Shown: one piece after another, positions 19,270 to 28,824 of the stretch
Numbering within the stretch: position 1 is the stretch's first letter
Layout of the letters: each line of letters begins with the position of its first letter
Assembly (NCBI GenBank): GCA_964412525.1
Contig: CAYPOX010000003.1
Span: 1-54,811 of the forward strand
Reading direction: 5' to 3'
DNA: 54,811 nucleotides
Source: an uncultured Caulobacterales bacterium
GTDB lineage: Bacteria; Pseudomonadota; Alphaproteobacteria; Caulobacterales; CAYPOX01
Translations under genes and position numbers: made by a program
The notes under the pieces: generated by a model
Told to the model about the DNA's origin: nothing
What the model saw: the letters and a program-made list of their open reading frames with translations, nothing else
Database searches by the model: none

Positions 19270-19361
19270 GGTTCGACTTCATCCTTCGTGCGAACGTGTG
19301 ATACGCCTCGCGCGCCGTCGGGAGCAACCCCGCGCCGGTCCCAACCGCCCAATGAGCCTTC

Positions 19362-20264
19362 GTGACGCCTGATCTCCTTTCGCCTGGTCTCCCTTACCCA
19401 GAGATTGATCCGGTCCTGATCCGGCTCGGTCCCTTGCCGATTCGTTGGTACGCGCTGGCCTATCTGGCCGGGATCATCGCCGGCTGGCGCTATGCCCGCG
19501 CGCTTGGGGCGCGCATTTCGCTTTGGGACCCGCGCGCGACGCCGTCGGCGACGTCCATCGACGACATGCTGGTCTCCGCAGCTTTCGGCATCATTCTTGG
19601 CGGCCGTCTGGGCTATGTGGCGTTTTATCACCCCGATTGGTTTTTAGGGGATCTGCAAATTTTGTTCGGGCTGTTCTCGGACGGCCTGGCGGGCGTCGGC
19701 GATCGCCTTGCATCCGTGCGCACCTGGCGCATCTGGGATGGCGGCATGGCGTTTCACGGTGGCCTGATCGGCGTCGGGGTCGCTCTGGCGTGGCAGGCGC
19801 GTCGTTCGGCGATTTCGACGCTCGCACTCGCGGACGTGGTGGCGCCGGCCGCGCCGATCGGTCTGTTTTTCGGGCGCGTGGCCAATTTCATCAATGGCGA
19901 GCTCTGGGGCCGGCCGTGGAACGGCCCTTGGTCCATGATCTTTCCCGCCGATCCGTTGCAGGTGCCCCGCCACCCAAGCCAGCTCTATGAGGCGGCGCTG
20001 GAAGGCCTCGTCCTCTTTTTGGCGTTGAGCGCCGCTGTTTGGCTCGGCGGCGCATTGCGGCGGTCGGGACTGACGACCGGGCTATTTCTCGTCGGCTACG
20101 CCCTGGCGCGTCTCCTGGTGGAAGGCGTACGCGAACCGGACGCCCACATGCCCGAATTTCCGCTCGGGCTCACCATGGGCATGATGCTGTCCGTCCCCAT
20201 GGCCATCGTCGGCGTTGCGCTGATCGCCCGCGCATATCGCGAACAACCGGCCGTCATTCGATGA
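19362..20264 (+). CDS. lgt: prolipoprotein diacylglyceryl transferase
   Basis: Contains YPEIDPVLIRLGPLPIRWYALAYLAGI, HGGLIG, RVANFINGELWGRP and PRHPSQLYEAALEGL. Confidence 0.92.
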   Translation: MTPDLLSPGLPYPEIDPVLIRLGPLPIRWYALAYLAGIIAGWRYARALGARISLWDPRATPSATSIDDMLVSAAFGIILGGRLGYVAFYHPDWFLGDLQILFGLFSDGLAGVGDRLASVRTWRIWDGGMAFHGGLIGVGVALAWQARRSAISTLALADVVAPAAPIGLFFGRVANFINGELWGRPWNGPWSMIFPADPLQVPRHPSQLYEAALEGLVLFLALSAAVWLGGALRRSGLTTGLFLVGYALARLLVEGVREPDAHMPEFPLGLTMGMMLSVPMAIVGVALIARAYREQPAVIR

Positions 20265-21358
20265 CGTTGCTAGACGAGACGCCGCTGGAGCACGAGATCG
20301 CCGAGCGAATTCGTATCGAAGGATCGTTGCCGCTCCCAGAATATATGGCGGCTGTGTCCTTCCATCCCAAATACGGACGATACGCGGCCACGGCGCCGGT
20401 CGGCGCGTCCGGGGACTTCACGACGTCGCCGGAGATCAGTCAGATCTTCGGGGAAATGATCGGCCTCGCGCTTGTTCAAGCCTGGGCGGACATGGGCGCG
20501 CCGGACCCGTTTCACCTCATCGAACTCGGTCCGGGACGCGGCACGCTCATGGCGGATCTGCTGCGTGCGGCCGCCTTACGACCCGATTTCATCAAGGCCG
20601 CCCGGCTCGAATTCGTCGAGGGCAGCGCGCCGCTGCGCGCGCTGCAGGCGGAGAAGTTGGGCGGCGCGCCTTTGTCCGCGACCTGGCGCCGCCGGTATGA
20701 AGACACGCCGGAAGGGCCGACCCTATTGGTCGCCAACGAGTTTTTCGATTGCCTGCCGATCCGACAATTCGAGCGTTGCGGCGGCGCGTGGCGCGAGCGC
20801 TGCGTCGTTCTTGACGACCATGACCGTCTGACGTTCGGCCTTCGTCCCGAACCGACCGATCTCTCCAAGACGCTTCCCGAAGACGTGCGCGCGCCGCGCG
20901 AGGGCGATATCTTCGAGTTCTGTCCCGCCGCCTTCGCGTTCGGGCGCGTGTTCGGCGAACGGGCGGCGCGGTTTCCAGCCGCCGCGCTGATCATTGATTA
21001 CGGACACGCCCGGACCGGCTATGGCGACACCCTGCAAGCGATCCACCGACACGGAATCGTGGACGTGTTCAGCCGTCCGGGTGAGGCGGACGTCTCCGCT
21101 TATGTGGATTTTGAGATGCTTGCGCGGGCCGTGGCGCTGGGCGGCGGCCGCCCCTGGCGACCGCTGACCCAAGGAGAGTGGCTCAACGCCGTCGGGGCGA
21201 GGACCCGCGCCGCCGCCCTCGCCGCCGCCACGCCTTCCGCGGCCGACAATATTGAGGCGGGTCTGCGTCGCTTGATCGGCGACGACGCCATGGGCGCGCT
21301 CTTTCTGGCGATGGCCGCGACCCATCGCGGCGCCACGCCGCCCGCAGGCTTCTCATGA
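20261..21358 (+). CDS. class I SAM-dependent methyltransferase (DUF185/NDUFAF7 family)
   Basis: ATG at 20261 overlaps the lgt stop. Contains GDFTTSPEISQIFGEMIG, ELGPGRGTLMADLL and LVANEFFDCLPIRQF. Confidence 0.85.
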   Translation: MTLLDETPLEHEIAERIRIEGSLPLPEYMAAVSFHPKYGRYAATAPVGASGDFTTSPEISQIFGEMIGLALVQAWADMGAPDPFHLIELGPGRGTLMADLLRAAALRPDFIKAARLEFVEGSAPLRALQAEKLGGAPLSATWRRRYEDTPEGPTLLVANEFFDCLPIRQFERCGGAWRERCVVLDDHDRLTFGLRPEPTDLSKTLPEDVRAPREGDIFEFCPAAFAFGRVFGERAARFPAAALIIDYGHARTGYGDTLQAIHRHGIVDVFSRPGEADVSAYVDFEMLARAVALGGGRPWRPLTQGEWLNAVGARTRAAALAAATPSAADNIEAGLRRLIGDDAMGALFLAMAATHRGATPPAGFS

Positions 21359-22128
21359 GAACCGACCGCCCGCCCCTGCGCCATGTCGCGGACGTTCTTC
21401 TTGCACCAGGCGTCCACCATGGCTTTTTCGGGCGCCCGGACGGCGCGTCCCAAGGCGATTTCGCCGGCTTGAACGGCGCCTATGGCGAGGACGAACCCGC
21501 CGCCGTGTCCGCGAACCGCGCCGCGGCGGCGAACGCCTTGGGCGCGGACGCACTGGTCACGGCGCGTCAGGTGCATGGTCTGCGCGCGGTCATCGCGGAC
21601 GCCGCATGGCGCCCTGAGGACGCGCCGGACGCAGACGCCCTGGTGACGACGCAACCCGGCTTGGCCGTCGCCGTCTTGACCGCCGATTGCGCGCCGATCC
21701 TCCTGGCCGACGCCGCCGCGGGCGTGGTCGCCGCCGCCCATGCCGGTTGGCGCGGCGCGACCGCCGGCGTGATTGAATCCGCCTTGGCCGAGATGGAGCG
21801 CGCTGGGGCCGATCGGGCGCGAATCGCGGCGGCCGTGGGGCCCTGCATCGCGCCCCCATCCTATGAGGTGAAGGCCGACTTTCGCGACGCCGTGGCCGCG
21901 GCGGACATCGCAACGCTCGGATTTCTATGGGAAACCGATGCGGGCATGCGTTTCGACCTTCCTGGCTACGCCGCCCATCGCTTGGAGCGCGCCGGCATCG
22001 GCATGGTCGACGCCCTTGCGATCGACGTGCGCGCCCATCATCCGGCTTGGTTCAGTCGGCGCGCCGCCTTGGCCCAGCGGCGCGCGCGCTATGGCGCGAA
22101 CATCGCGGCGATCGCCCGCACGCCATGA
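21355..22128 (+). CDS. pgeF: peptidoglycan editing factor PgeF (YfiH/DUF152 laccase-domain protein)
   Basis: ATGA overlap with the upstream gene. Contains HGFFGR, VHG, DALVT, LTADCAPIL and AAAHAGWRG. Confidence 0.85.
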   Translation: MRTDRPPLRHVADVLLAPGVHHGFFGRPDGASQGDFAGLNGAYGEDEPAAVSANRAAAANALGADALVTARQVHGLRAVIADAAWRPEDAPDADALVTTQPGLAVAVLTADCAPILLADAAAGVVAAAHAGWRGATAGVIESALAEMERAGADRARIAAAVGPCIAPPSYEVKADFRDAVAAADIATLGFLWETDAGMRFDLPGYAAHRLERAGIGMVDALAIDVRAHHPAWFSRRAALAQRRARYGANIAAIARTP

Positions 22129-23015
22129 TGGCGTTGCGGACGGTGTTGGCGTTGACGGCGGTCGTCTTTGCGCTCGCGGCCTGCACCATGGCGTCGCGAA
22201 CCAAGGACATGTTCACGGGCAGCCAAGACATCGCCGCCGCGCGCCCGTTCCAAGGCACGGCGAGGAACGACGCCCTGTTGGACGATCCCCTGTTGCGGGG
22301 CGGTTTGGTGGTGAGCCCGATCGAAGGATTGCCTCCGGCGGACGGGGCCGCGGCGGCCGAGGCCGTGGCCGCCGCCCTGCGCCGACTGGACGTCGCCGCC
22401 GTGGTCGATTCCGCCGACGCCGGGCCTGCGGTTCTTCTTGGACGGCGGATGGCGGGCGATCGGTTGGAATGGACCCTGCGACGCGACGACGGACGCATGA
22501 TCGCGCGGTTTGACGGCGCGGTCGCCCCCTTGCGGCCGGATGACGTCGCTGCGCGCGTGGATCGCGCCATCCGGATGGAGCAAGGCGGCCCCACCAACGT
22601 CGCCGCTGCGACGCCGGTGGCCGTGCGGCCGGTGGAGGGCGCTCCGGGCGACGGCCGAATCGCGCTCACCGTGGCGATCAAGGCGGCCTTGCAGCGGCTC
22701 GACCGCGCGGCGAATCTGCGCGTCATCGACGCGCCGGAGCCGTTCGCGCCGCCGCCCGGCGCCTTTTGGGTGGAGTGCCGCGGGCTGGCCCTGCCCTTGA
22801 ACGAAAGCGCTTTGGGGGTTCGCTTGGAGTGGATCCTGCGGGACCCGAGCGGCGCGTTTGTGGGCCGTGTGGTCCAAGAGAACGTCGTGCCGGCGGACGC
22901 CTTTGACGAGGGCTGGGGCGCGTCGGCCTTTGACGCGGCGATCGCCGCGGCGGAGGGCCTCGCCAACTTGCTTGTCGAAGCGCGCGAGGCGAAGAATGTA
23001 TCGGCGGGCGGATGA
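22125..23015 (+). CDS. lipoprotein of unknown function with internal duplication
   Basis: ATG at 22125 overlaps the pgeF stop. Signal peptide with lipobox [20 protein letters not shown]. There are two similar halves: VSPIEGLPP...ALRRLD...[10 protein letters not shown] and VRPVEGAPG...ALQRLD...[10 protein letters not shown]. Confidence 0.6.
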   Translation: MMALRTVLALTAVVFALAACTMASRTKDMFTGSQDIAAARPFQGTARNDALLDDPLLRGGLVVSPIEGLPPADGAAAAEAVAAALRRLDVAAVVDSADAGPAVLLGRRMAGDRLEWTLRRDDGRMIARFDGAVAPLRPDDVAARVDRAIRMEQGGPTNVAAATPVAVRPVEGAPGDGRIALTVAIKAALQRLDRAANLRVIDAPEPFAPPPGAFWVECRGLALPLNESALGVRLEWILRDPSGAFVGRVVQENVVPADAFDEGWGASAFDAAIAAAEGLANLLVEAREAKNVSAGG

Positions 23016-23034
23016 TTCAGGCGGAGGCGCAGCG

Positions 23035-23967
23035 ATGAAGCTGCTTTCGGGCAACTCCAATTTGGCGTTGGCGGATGCGATGTCCGATTATCTCGGCGTT
23101 CGGCCCACCAAAGCCAAGGTGCAGCGCTTCGCGGACAATGAGATTTTCGTCGAAATCCAGGAGAACGTCCGGGGGGAGGACGTCTTCGTCGTCCAGTCGA
23201 CGTCCTATCCGGCGAATGACAATCTCATGGAGCTGTTGATCATGATGGACGCGCTGAAACGCGCGTCCGCGCGCCGAATCACGGCGGTGTTGCCCTATTT
23301 CGGCTACGCCCGTCAGGATCGAAAAACCGGCGGCCGCACGCCGATCTCCGCCAAGCTGGTCGCCAATCTGATCACGACGGCCGGCGCCGACCGCGTTCTG
23401 ACCATGGATCTCCATGCGGGCCAGATCCAAGGCTTTTTCGACGTGCCCACGGACAACCTCTTCGCGGCCCCAGTGGTGGAGCGGGACGTGCGCGAACGCT
23501 TCCATGACGAGCGGCTCATGGTGGTCTCGCCCGATGTGGGCGGCGTGGTGCGCGCCAGGGCGCTGGCCAACCGACTGGAGGCGGACCTCGCCATCGTGGA
23601 CAAGCGCCGGGAGAAGGCGGGCGTGTCCGAAGCCATGAACATCATCGGCGACGTGAAGGACCGGGTCTGCATCCTCCATGACGACATCGTGGATTCCGGC
23701 GGCACTTTGGTGAACGCCGGCGAGGCCCTGCTGGAGGCGGGCGCCGCCTCTGTCGCGGCCTATTGCAGCCATGGCGTGCTTTCGGGCGGGGCGGTGGAGC
23801 GGATCGACAAATCCGATCTCATCGAAGTGGTGGTCACCGACTCGATCGAGGCCACCGAGGCGGTGCGCAGCGGCGCGAAGCTTCGCCAAATGAGCGTGGC
23901 CCCCCTCATCGCCGAAGCCATCCGCCGCATCGCCCACGAGGAGTCAGTTTCGAGCCTGTTTGATTGA
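23035..23967 (+). CDS. prs: ribose-phosphate diphosphokinase
   Basis: Contains [48 protein letters not shown] and [10 protein letters not shown] (PRPP loop). Confidence 0.95.
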   Translation: MKLLSGNSNLALADAMSDYLGVRPTKAKVQRFADNEIFVEIQENVRGEDVFVVQSTSYPANDNLMELLIMMDALKRASARRITAVLPYFGYARQDRKTGGRTPISAKLVANLITTAGADRVLTMDLHAGQIQGFFDVPTDNLFAAPVVERDVRERFHDERLMVVSPDVGGVVRARALANRLEADLAIVDKRREKAGVSEAMNIIGDVKDRVCILHDDIVDSGGTLVNAGEALLEAGAASVAAYCSHGVLSGGAVERIDKSDLIEVVVTDSIEATEAVRSGAKLRQMSVAPLIAEAIRRIAHEESVSSLFD

Positions 23968-24457
23968 GGGGGGTGCGGGTCCGGGCCCCGCCAATTGGCG
24001 CACCTGCACTTCAATGGAGGCCCGGCCCTCCTTCATGCGCGAAACCAGCGTTTGGTAACGCACGAAACCACCCAACTCGATGGCGATATCTACAGCCGGC
24101 AAGCGCGCGATCACGTCATTGCTTGCATCGTCATCGCGGCCGAATTCGAATGAAACGATCGGGCCTGCGGCGAAACGCTGGGACGGCACGAGATCCAGTT
24201 TGCCGCCCAGCCCGGTCAGATCAGCCTGAAAGCCCCGATAGGCGATGGAGTCCGCGATGAAGGGCACGAGCTGGAGATCCTCTGCGCCGGTTTATTCCGG
24301 CAAGACCGCCGCACCAAAAGCGACAAACCCGTTCGGCTCTGGGTTGGGCGGCGGCTCGCCAGCATCTTGTGCGCGGGCCACGCCCGTGCCTGCCAACAGG
24401 ATCATGGCGATGGCGGCCGGGCTGCGGCTCCCTGACGCAAGTGAGAATGACTTGCAT
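23944..24457 (-). pseudogene. MipA/OmpV-family outer-membrane protein remnant (in-frame TAA, probable +1 shift after ATG, 3' truncation)
   Basis: ORFs 24292..24642(-) and 23944..24267(-) are in the same frame, separated by TAA (complement of 24292-24294). The read-through gives GFVAFGAAVLPE*TGAEDLQLVPFIADSIAYRGFQ...GPIVSFEFGRDDD...IELGGFVRY. This matches the N-terminal half of MipA proteins, with the stop falling where family members usually have PEY. A clean signal peptide KSFSLASGSRSPAAIAMILLAGTGVARA/QD lies one base out of frame from the ATG at 24457-24455. The homology ends near 24000, abutting prs. Confidence 0.55.
24437..24455. promoter_or_regulatory. perfect 6-bp inverted repeat GCAAGT-N7-ACTTGC upstream of bfd-bfr (candidate operator)
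   Basis: GCAAGT (24437-24442) and ACTTGC (24450-24455) flank GAGAATG. The repeat lies about 32 nt upstream of the bfd ATG. Iron-storage genes are commonly under iron-responsive repressors. No consensus match is claimed. Confidence 0.3.
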
Positions 24458-24486
24458 GCGTAAAAGGACCGGCGTAGGCTGCACCC

Positions 24487-24684
24487 ATGATCGTTTGTAT
24501 CTGCAACCGCATCAATGAACGCATGGTCCGCGCCGCGGCCATGGAAGGGGCCGCCTCGGTGGAGGATGTCCACGACTTTCACGACACCGCCGTGTGCTGC
24601 GGCCAATGCGTCCCCATGATGAAGGAGATGCTGGCGGAGCACGGAGGCTGCGACGCAGCGCCCGCATTGATCCCGGCCGAGTAA
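24487..24684 (+). CDS. bfd: bacterioferritin-associated ferredoxin
   Basis: 65 aa. [11 protein letters not shown]...CCGQC carries the four Cys of the Bfd-type [2Fe-2S] motif. It sits immediately upstream of bfr. Confidence 0.9.
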   Translation: MIVCICNRINERMVRAAAMEGAASVEDVHDFHDTAVCCGQCVPMMKEMLAEHGGCDAAPALIPAE

Positions 24685-24721
24685 GCGCGTAACGCTCAGG
24701 CTATCCGATCAGGGGGCGCAT

Positions 24722-25213
24722 ATGAAGGCTGATCCAAAAGTCTTGGAATTCTTGAACGCGGTCTTGCGCAATGAGTTGACCGCCATCAACCAATATTTCT
24801 TGCATGCGCGCATGCTGAAGGATTGGGGCGTGCTTGGCCTCGCCGATCATGAGTATCATGAGTCCATTGAAGAGATGAATCACGCCGATTGGGTGATCGA
24901 GCGGATTTTGTTCCTCGAAGGCCTGCCCAATCTTCAAGATTTGAACAAGTTGCGCATCGGCGAGGACGTGAAAGAGATCCTGGAATGCGATCTCGCCTTG
25001 GAGCATGACGCCATTCCCGTGCTGCGCGACGGTATTCACCATGCGGAATCCGTTCGCGACTACGTCTCTCGGGACCTCTTCCGCCGCATCCTCGACAATG
25101 AAGAAGAGCACGTCGATTATCTTGAAACCCAATTGGATCTGATCAACCGCATCGGTCTGGAGCGCTACACCCTCCTCAACGCTCGCTCGAAAGACGAGGA
25201 CGGCGGCGACTGA
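24722..25213 (+). CDS. bfr: bacterioferritin
   Basis: [36 protein letters not shown] contains the heme-ligand Met region. Also contains EEMNHAD and [12 protein letters not shown] (ferroxidase ligands). Confidence 0.95.
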   Translation: MKADPKVLEFLNAVLRNELTAINQYFLHARMLKDWGVLGLADHEYHESIEEMNHADWVIERILFLEGLPNLQDLNKLRIGEDVKEILECDLALEHDAIPVLRDGIHHAESVRDYVSRDLFRRILDNEEEHVDYLETQLDLINRIGLERYTLLNARSKDEDGGD

Positions 25214-25332
25214 CCGCGCGGCGCGGCTTGCGTGCGGGGCGCGGCTTCGCTATAGGCCGGCGCTTACTTCAGTTGACACGAGCGCGCGTCGCGGGGTCCG
25301 CGGGCGCGCGCTAGGACGGAGATCGTCACGCC

Positions 25333-25953
25333 ATGGCGGAGACACATATTTTTGCGGCGGAGCGCCGGGCGCGCACGGGTACGGGCGGGGCGCGCGCAGA
25401 TCGTCGCGCCGGTCTCGTGCCGGCGGTCGTGTATGGCGGCGACGAAGCCCCGATGCACGTCACGGTGCGCTACAACGAAGTGCTGAAGGAGCTCAATAAG
25501 GGCCACCTTCTGGCGACGGTGTATGAGTTGGAGCTTGAGGGCGCCAAACACAAGGTGATCCCCCGGGACGTGCAGGTCGATGTGGTCAAGGATCTCCCGA
25601 CCCATGTCGATTTCCAGCGCGTGTCTGAGTCCACACGCGTTCCTGTCATGGTGCCCGTGCGTTTCAAGAACGAGGACGATTGCCCAGGTTTGAAACGCGG
25701 CGGCGTGTTGGAGGCGGTTCGGCGCGAGGTCGAGTTGCTGTGCCCGGCGGGCTCCATTCCGGACTTCATCGAGGCGGATTTGGCGGGCCTGCAGATCAAC
25801 GACGTGATCCACATTTCGGCCTTCACTTTGCCGTCCAACGTCACCCCGACCATCACGGATCGGAACTTCACCGTCGCCACGATCTCCGCGCCGTCCGGCA
25901 TGAAGATGGATGCGGAAGACGCGGACGAAGCCGACGAGGACGGCGAGGACTGA
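25333..25953 (+). CDS. rplY: 50S ribosomal protein L25/general stress protein Ctc
   Basis: Contains RTGTGGARADRRAGLVPAVVYGG, a Ctc-type C-terminal domain and an acidic tail. Confidence 0.9.
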   Translation: MAETHIFAAERRARTGTGGARADRRAGLVPAVVYGGDEAPMHVTVRYNEVLKELNKGHLLATVYELELEGAKHKVIPRDVQVDVVKDLPTHVDFQRVSESTRVPVMVPVRFKNEDDCPGLKRGGVLEAVRREVELLCPAGSIPDFIEADLAGLQINDVIHISAFTLPSNVTPTITDRNFTVATISAPSGMKMDAEDADEADEDGED

Positions 25954-25972
25954 TCCTCCGCCGCGCCGGGCT

Positions 25973-26713
25973 ATGGTGCTTTTGGTCGGCCTCGGCAATC
26001 CCGGTCCAAAATATGCGGGACACCGACACAATGTGGGCTTCATGGCGATTGATGCGATCGCCGAGGCCCACGGCTTCGGGCCGTTTCGCAAAAAGTTTCA
26101 AGGGGAAATCGCAGACGGCCGCTTGGGCGACGCGCCGGCGCGACTTCTGAAACCGCTGACCTTCATGAACGAATCCGGCCGTTCCGCCGGGGAGGCCGCG
26201 CGCTTCTTCAAAATCCCGAACGACCAGATCATCGTCTTCTATGACGAGTTGGATTTGGCCCCGGGCAAGGTTCGGGTGAAACGCGGCGGCGGCGCCGCAG
26301 GCCATAACGGCATCCGTTCCCTTCACGCCCATTTGGGCCCCGACTATAAGCGCGTGCGGATCGGCATTGGCCATCCGGGCGCGAAGCCGAAGGTGATCGG
26401 CCATGTGCTGGGAGATTTCTCCAAGGCGGATCAGGACTGGCTTCCGGACCTTTTGAACGCGATCGCCGCCGCGGCGCCGCACCTCGCCGCCGGCGCGGAC
26501 GACAAGTTTCAAACCGACATCGCCCATCGCGCGCCCGCGCCCCGCGCCGCGGCGGAGGATGCGCCCCGGACCCTCCCAACGGCCCTCCCGCCGCGCGAAC
26601 CGGCCGCGCCTGCAACGCCCGCGGCCCCTGCCGCGCAATCGCGCGATGGGGTTCGGTCTCCGTCCAGTTCTCCCTTTGATGCGCTCAAAGGCCTTCTCGG
26701 CAAGCGGGATTGA
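25973..26713 (+). CDS. pth: aminoacyl-tRNA (peptidyl-tRNA) hydrolase with Pro/Ala-rich C-terminal extension
   Basis: Contains MVLLVGLGNPGPKYAGHRHNVGFM, FMNESGRS and GGGAAGHNGIRS. About 55 extra low-complexity residues sit at the C-terminus. Confidence 0.9.
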   Translation: MVLLVGLGNPGPKYAGHRHNVGFMAIDAIAEAHGFGPFRKKFQGEIADGRLGDAPARLLKPLTFMNESGRSAGEAARFFKIPNDQIIVFYDELDLAPGKVRVKRGGGAAGHNGIRSLHAHLGPDYKRVRIGIGHPGAKPKVIGHVLGDFSKADQDWLPDLLNAIAAAAPHLAAGADDKFQTDIAHRAPAPRAAAEDAPRTLPTALPPREPAAPATPAAPAAQSRDGVRSPSSSPFDALKGLLGKRD

Positions 26714-26780
26714 CCTGCCCGCCGCCGCTCAAGAGTTTCCGTCCACCGGACCATCATCTCGACTTCAAGTGAGTTTCACC

Positions 26781-27878
26781 ATGGGTTTCAAACTTGGCAT
26801 TGTCGGCCTTCCAAATGTCGGCAAATCGACGCTTTTCAACGCACTGACGCAGACGGCCGCCGCGCAAGCCGAAAACTATCCTTTCTGCACCATCGAGCCG
26901 AATGTGGGCGACGTGGCCGTGCCGGATCCGCGCCTGTTCCAGCTGGCTGACATCGCGAAATCGGCCGAGACGATCCCCGCGCGCATCAATTTCGTGGACA
27001 TCGCGGGGCTGGTCGCCGGGGCGTCCAAGGGCGAAGGGCTGGGCAACCAGTTTCTGGCCAACATCCGCGAAACCGACGCCATCGCCTATGTGCTGCGCTG
27101 TTTCGAGGATGACGACGTCACCCATGTCGCCGGAAAGGTGGATCCGTTGGCGGACGCGGAGACGGTCGAAACCGAACTGATGCTCGCGGATCTCGAAAGC
27201 CTGGAGAAGCGCCGCGCCAATCTTGAGAAAAAGGCGAAGGGGCAAGACAAGGAGGCGAAGGCCTTGCTTCCCCTTGTCGACCGCGCCTTAAGCCTGTTGC
27301 GTGACGGCAAGCCCGCGCGGCTCGCGGAAATCGACGACGACGAACGCCCGCTCTGGCGCTTGCTGCAACTTTTAACGGCGAAACCCGTGCTCTATGTGGC
27401 CAATGTGGATGAAGCGTCGGCCGCAGACGGCAACGATTTATCCCGCCAAGTCGCTGCGCGCGCCGCCCAGGAAGGCGCCTCTTGCGTGGTGATCTCCGCA
27501 AAGATCGAGGCGGAGCTGGCGCAGCTCGACGGCGCGGAGCGATCCGAATATCTCGCCGATCTCGGATTGTCCGAAGCAGGCCTCGATCGATTGATCCGCA
27601 CGGGCTACGAGCTTCTTGGCCTGCGGACCTATTTCACCGCCGGCCCGAAGGAAGCGCGCGCATGGACGATCCACGCCGGGTGGACGGCGCCGAAGGCCGC
27701 CGGCGTAATCCATACGGATTTTGAAAAGGGCTTTATCCGGGCCGAAACGATCACGTTTGAGGACTATGTGAGCCTTGGCGGCGAAGGACCGTCCAAAGAC
27801 GCCGGAAAGATGCGCCTTGAGGGAAAAGATTACATCGTCCAAGAAGGCGATGTGATGCATTTCCGGTTTGCAAATTGA
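26781..27878 (+). CDS. ychF: redox-regulated ATPase YchF
   Basis: Contains MGFKLGIVGLPNVGKSTLFNALT, FVDIAGLVAGASKGEGLGNQFL and a TGS-like C-terminus (GDVMHFRFN-type). Confidence 0.95.
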   Translation: MGFKLGIVGLPNVGKSTLFNALTQTAAAQAENYPFCTIEPNVGDVAVPDPRLFQLADIAKSAETIPARINFVDIAGLVAGASKGEGLGNQFLANIRETDAIAYVLRCFEDDDVTHVAGKVDPLADAETVETELMLADLESLEKRRANLEKKAKGQDKEAKALLPLVDRALSLLRDGKPARLAEIDDDERPLWRLLQLLTAKPVLYVANVDEASAADGNDLSRQVAARAAQEGASCVVISAKIEAELAQLDGAERSEYLADLGLSEAGLDRLIRTGYELLGLRTYFTAGPKEARAWTIHAGWTAPKAAGVIHTDFEKGFIRAETITFEDYVSLGGEGPSKDAGKMRLEGKDYIVQEGDVMHFRFAN

Positions 27879-28001
27879 ATGGCCGTTGCGGGGCGAGGAT
27901 CGGATGGCGCGCATCTTTGGAACACAGCGGACACACATGGCAACGTTTGATCAGATCCGCCCGACGGTCCGCGATCGCCCGCTGATTCTCCGAGCGCGCG
28001 G

Positions 28002-28403
28002 ATGAACCAAGGCGACGTCATCGAACTCGGCCAGTTGGCGCTTGGCGCGGCTGAAATCATCGCATTTGCACGGGCCTATGACCCCCAGCCGCAGCATGTC
28101 GATCAGGAAGCCGCCAAGGCCACCATGCTTGGCGGATTGTGCGCCAGCGGTTGGCACACGGCGGCGGCGCTCAACCGCATGCTGCGCGATGGATTGGGCG
28201 CGCGCCTGCCAGGCTGGCGACTGGCGCGGGCGGATGAAATGGCGTGGAAAGCGCCGCTCTACGCGGATGCGCCGATGACCGTGCGCGCGACTGTCGAAGC
28301 CATGGATGACACAGAGATCCGCATCGCCGTCACGGCGGAAGACGGCGCGGGAACGCCCGCCGCAACGCTTGTCGCCATTTATGCGCCGGAGACGGCGGCG
28401 TGA
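28002..28403 (+). CDS. MaoC-like (hotdog fold) dehydratase subunit
   Basis: 133 aa. FARAYDPQPQHVDQEAAKATMLGGLCASGWHT is typical of the MaoC dehydratase motif region. Confidence 0.75.
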   Translation: MNQGDVIELGQLALGAAEIIAFARAYDPQPQHVDQEAAKATMLGGLCASGWHTAAALNRMLRDGLGARLPGWRLARADEMAWKAPLYADAPMTVRATVEAMDDTEIRIAVTAEDGAGTPAATLVAIYAPETAA

Positions 28404-28807
28404 CGCGTTATGAAGACTTGGTCGTCGGCCATGCCGAAGAGATCGGTGAACATCACTTTTCGGAAGCGGAGATTCGCGACTTCCGGGAACAATTCGATCC
28501 CCTGCCCGATGGCGCGCCTTTGACGGTTTCGCTCTGGCACCTGACCGCGACTTGGATGGGCTTCAACATCCGGCGCGCCCAAGCCCTGTCTGAATCCTAT
28601 ATGTTCTCCCCTGGCGTTCGCGACATTCAGCCCGGCGCGCCCGTGGTTCCGGGAGATCGGATCGCCTTTCGAACGACCATCCTGTCCAAGCGCGAGTCAC
28701 GATCGCGCCAGGGCCTCGGTTTGGTGGAGAACCTTTCGGAGGGGATGCACGCCGACGGCCGCTTGGCCGTTCGTTTCGTCGGCGCGGGATTCATGCCGAT
28801 CGACTGA
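28400..28807 (+). CDS. MaoC-like/hotdog-fold protein (second subunit)
   Basis: Its GTG start overlaps the upstream stop (GTGA). 135 aa, with a hotdog-like pattern (FREQFDPLP...PGDRIAFRTTILSKRESRSRQGLGLVE). Confidence 0.65.
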   Translation: MTRYEDLVVGHAEEIGEHHFSEAEIRDFREQFDPLPDGAPLTVSLWHLTATWMGFNIRRAQALSESYMFSPGVRDIQPGAPVVPGDRIAFRTTILSKRESRSRQGLGLVENLSEGMHADGRLAVRFVGAGFMPID

Positions 28808-28824
28808 GGCCGGATCGCGGACTC

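Noticed and set aside
25220-25247. Direct repeat GGCGCGGCTT x2 (25220-25229 and 25238-25247) downstream of bfr.
   Set aside because: It is a short GC-rich repeat in GC-rich DNA. It forms no hairpin, so it is not a terminator, and there is no supporting context.
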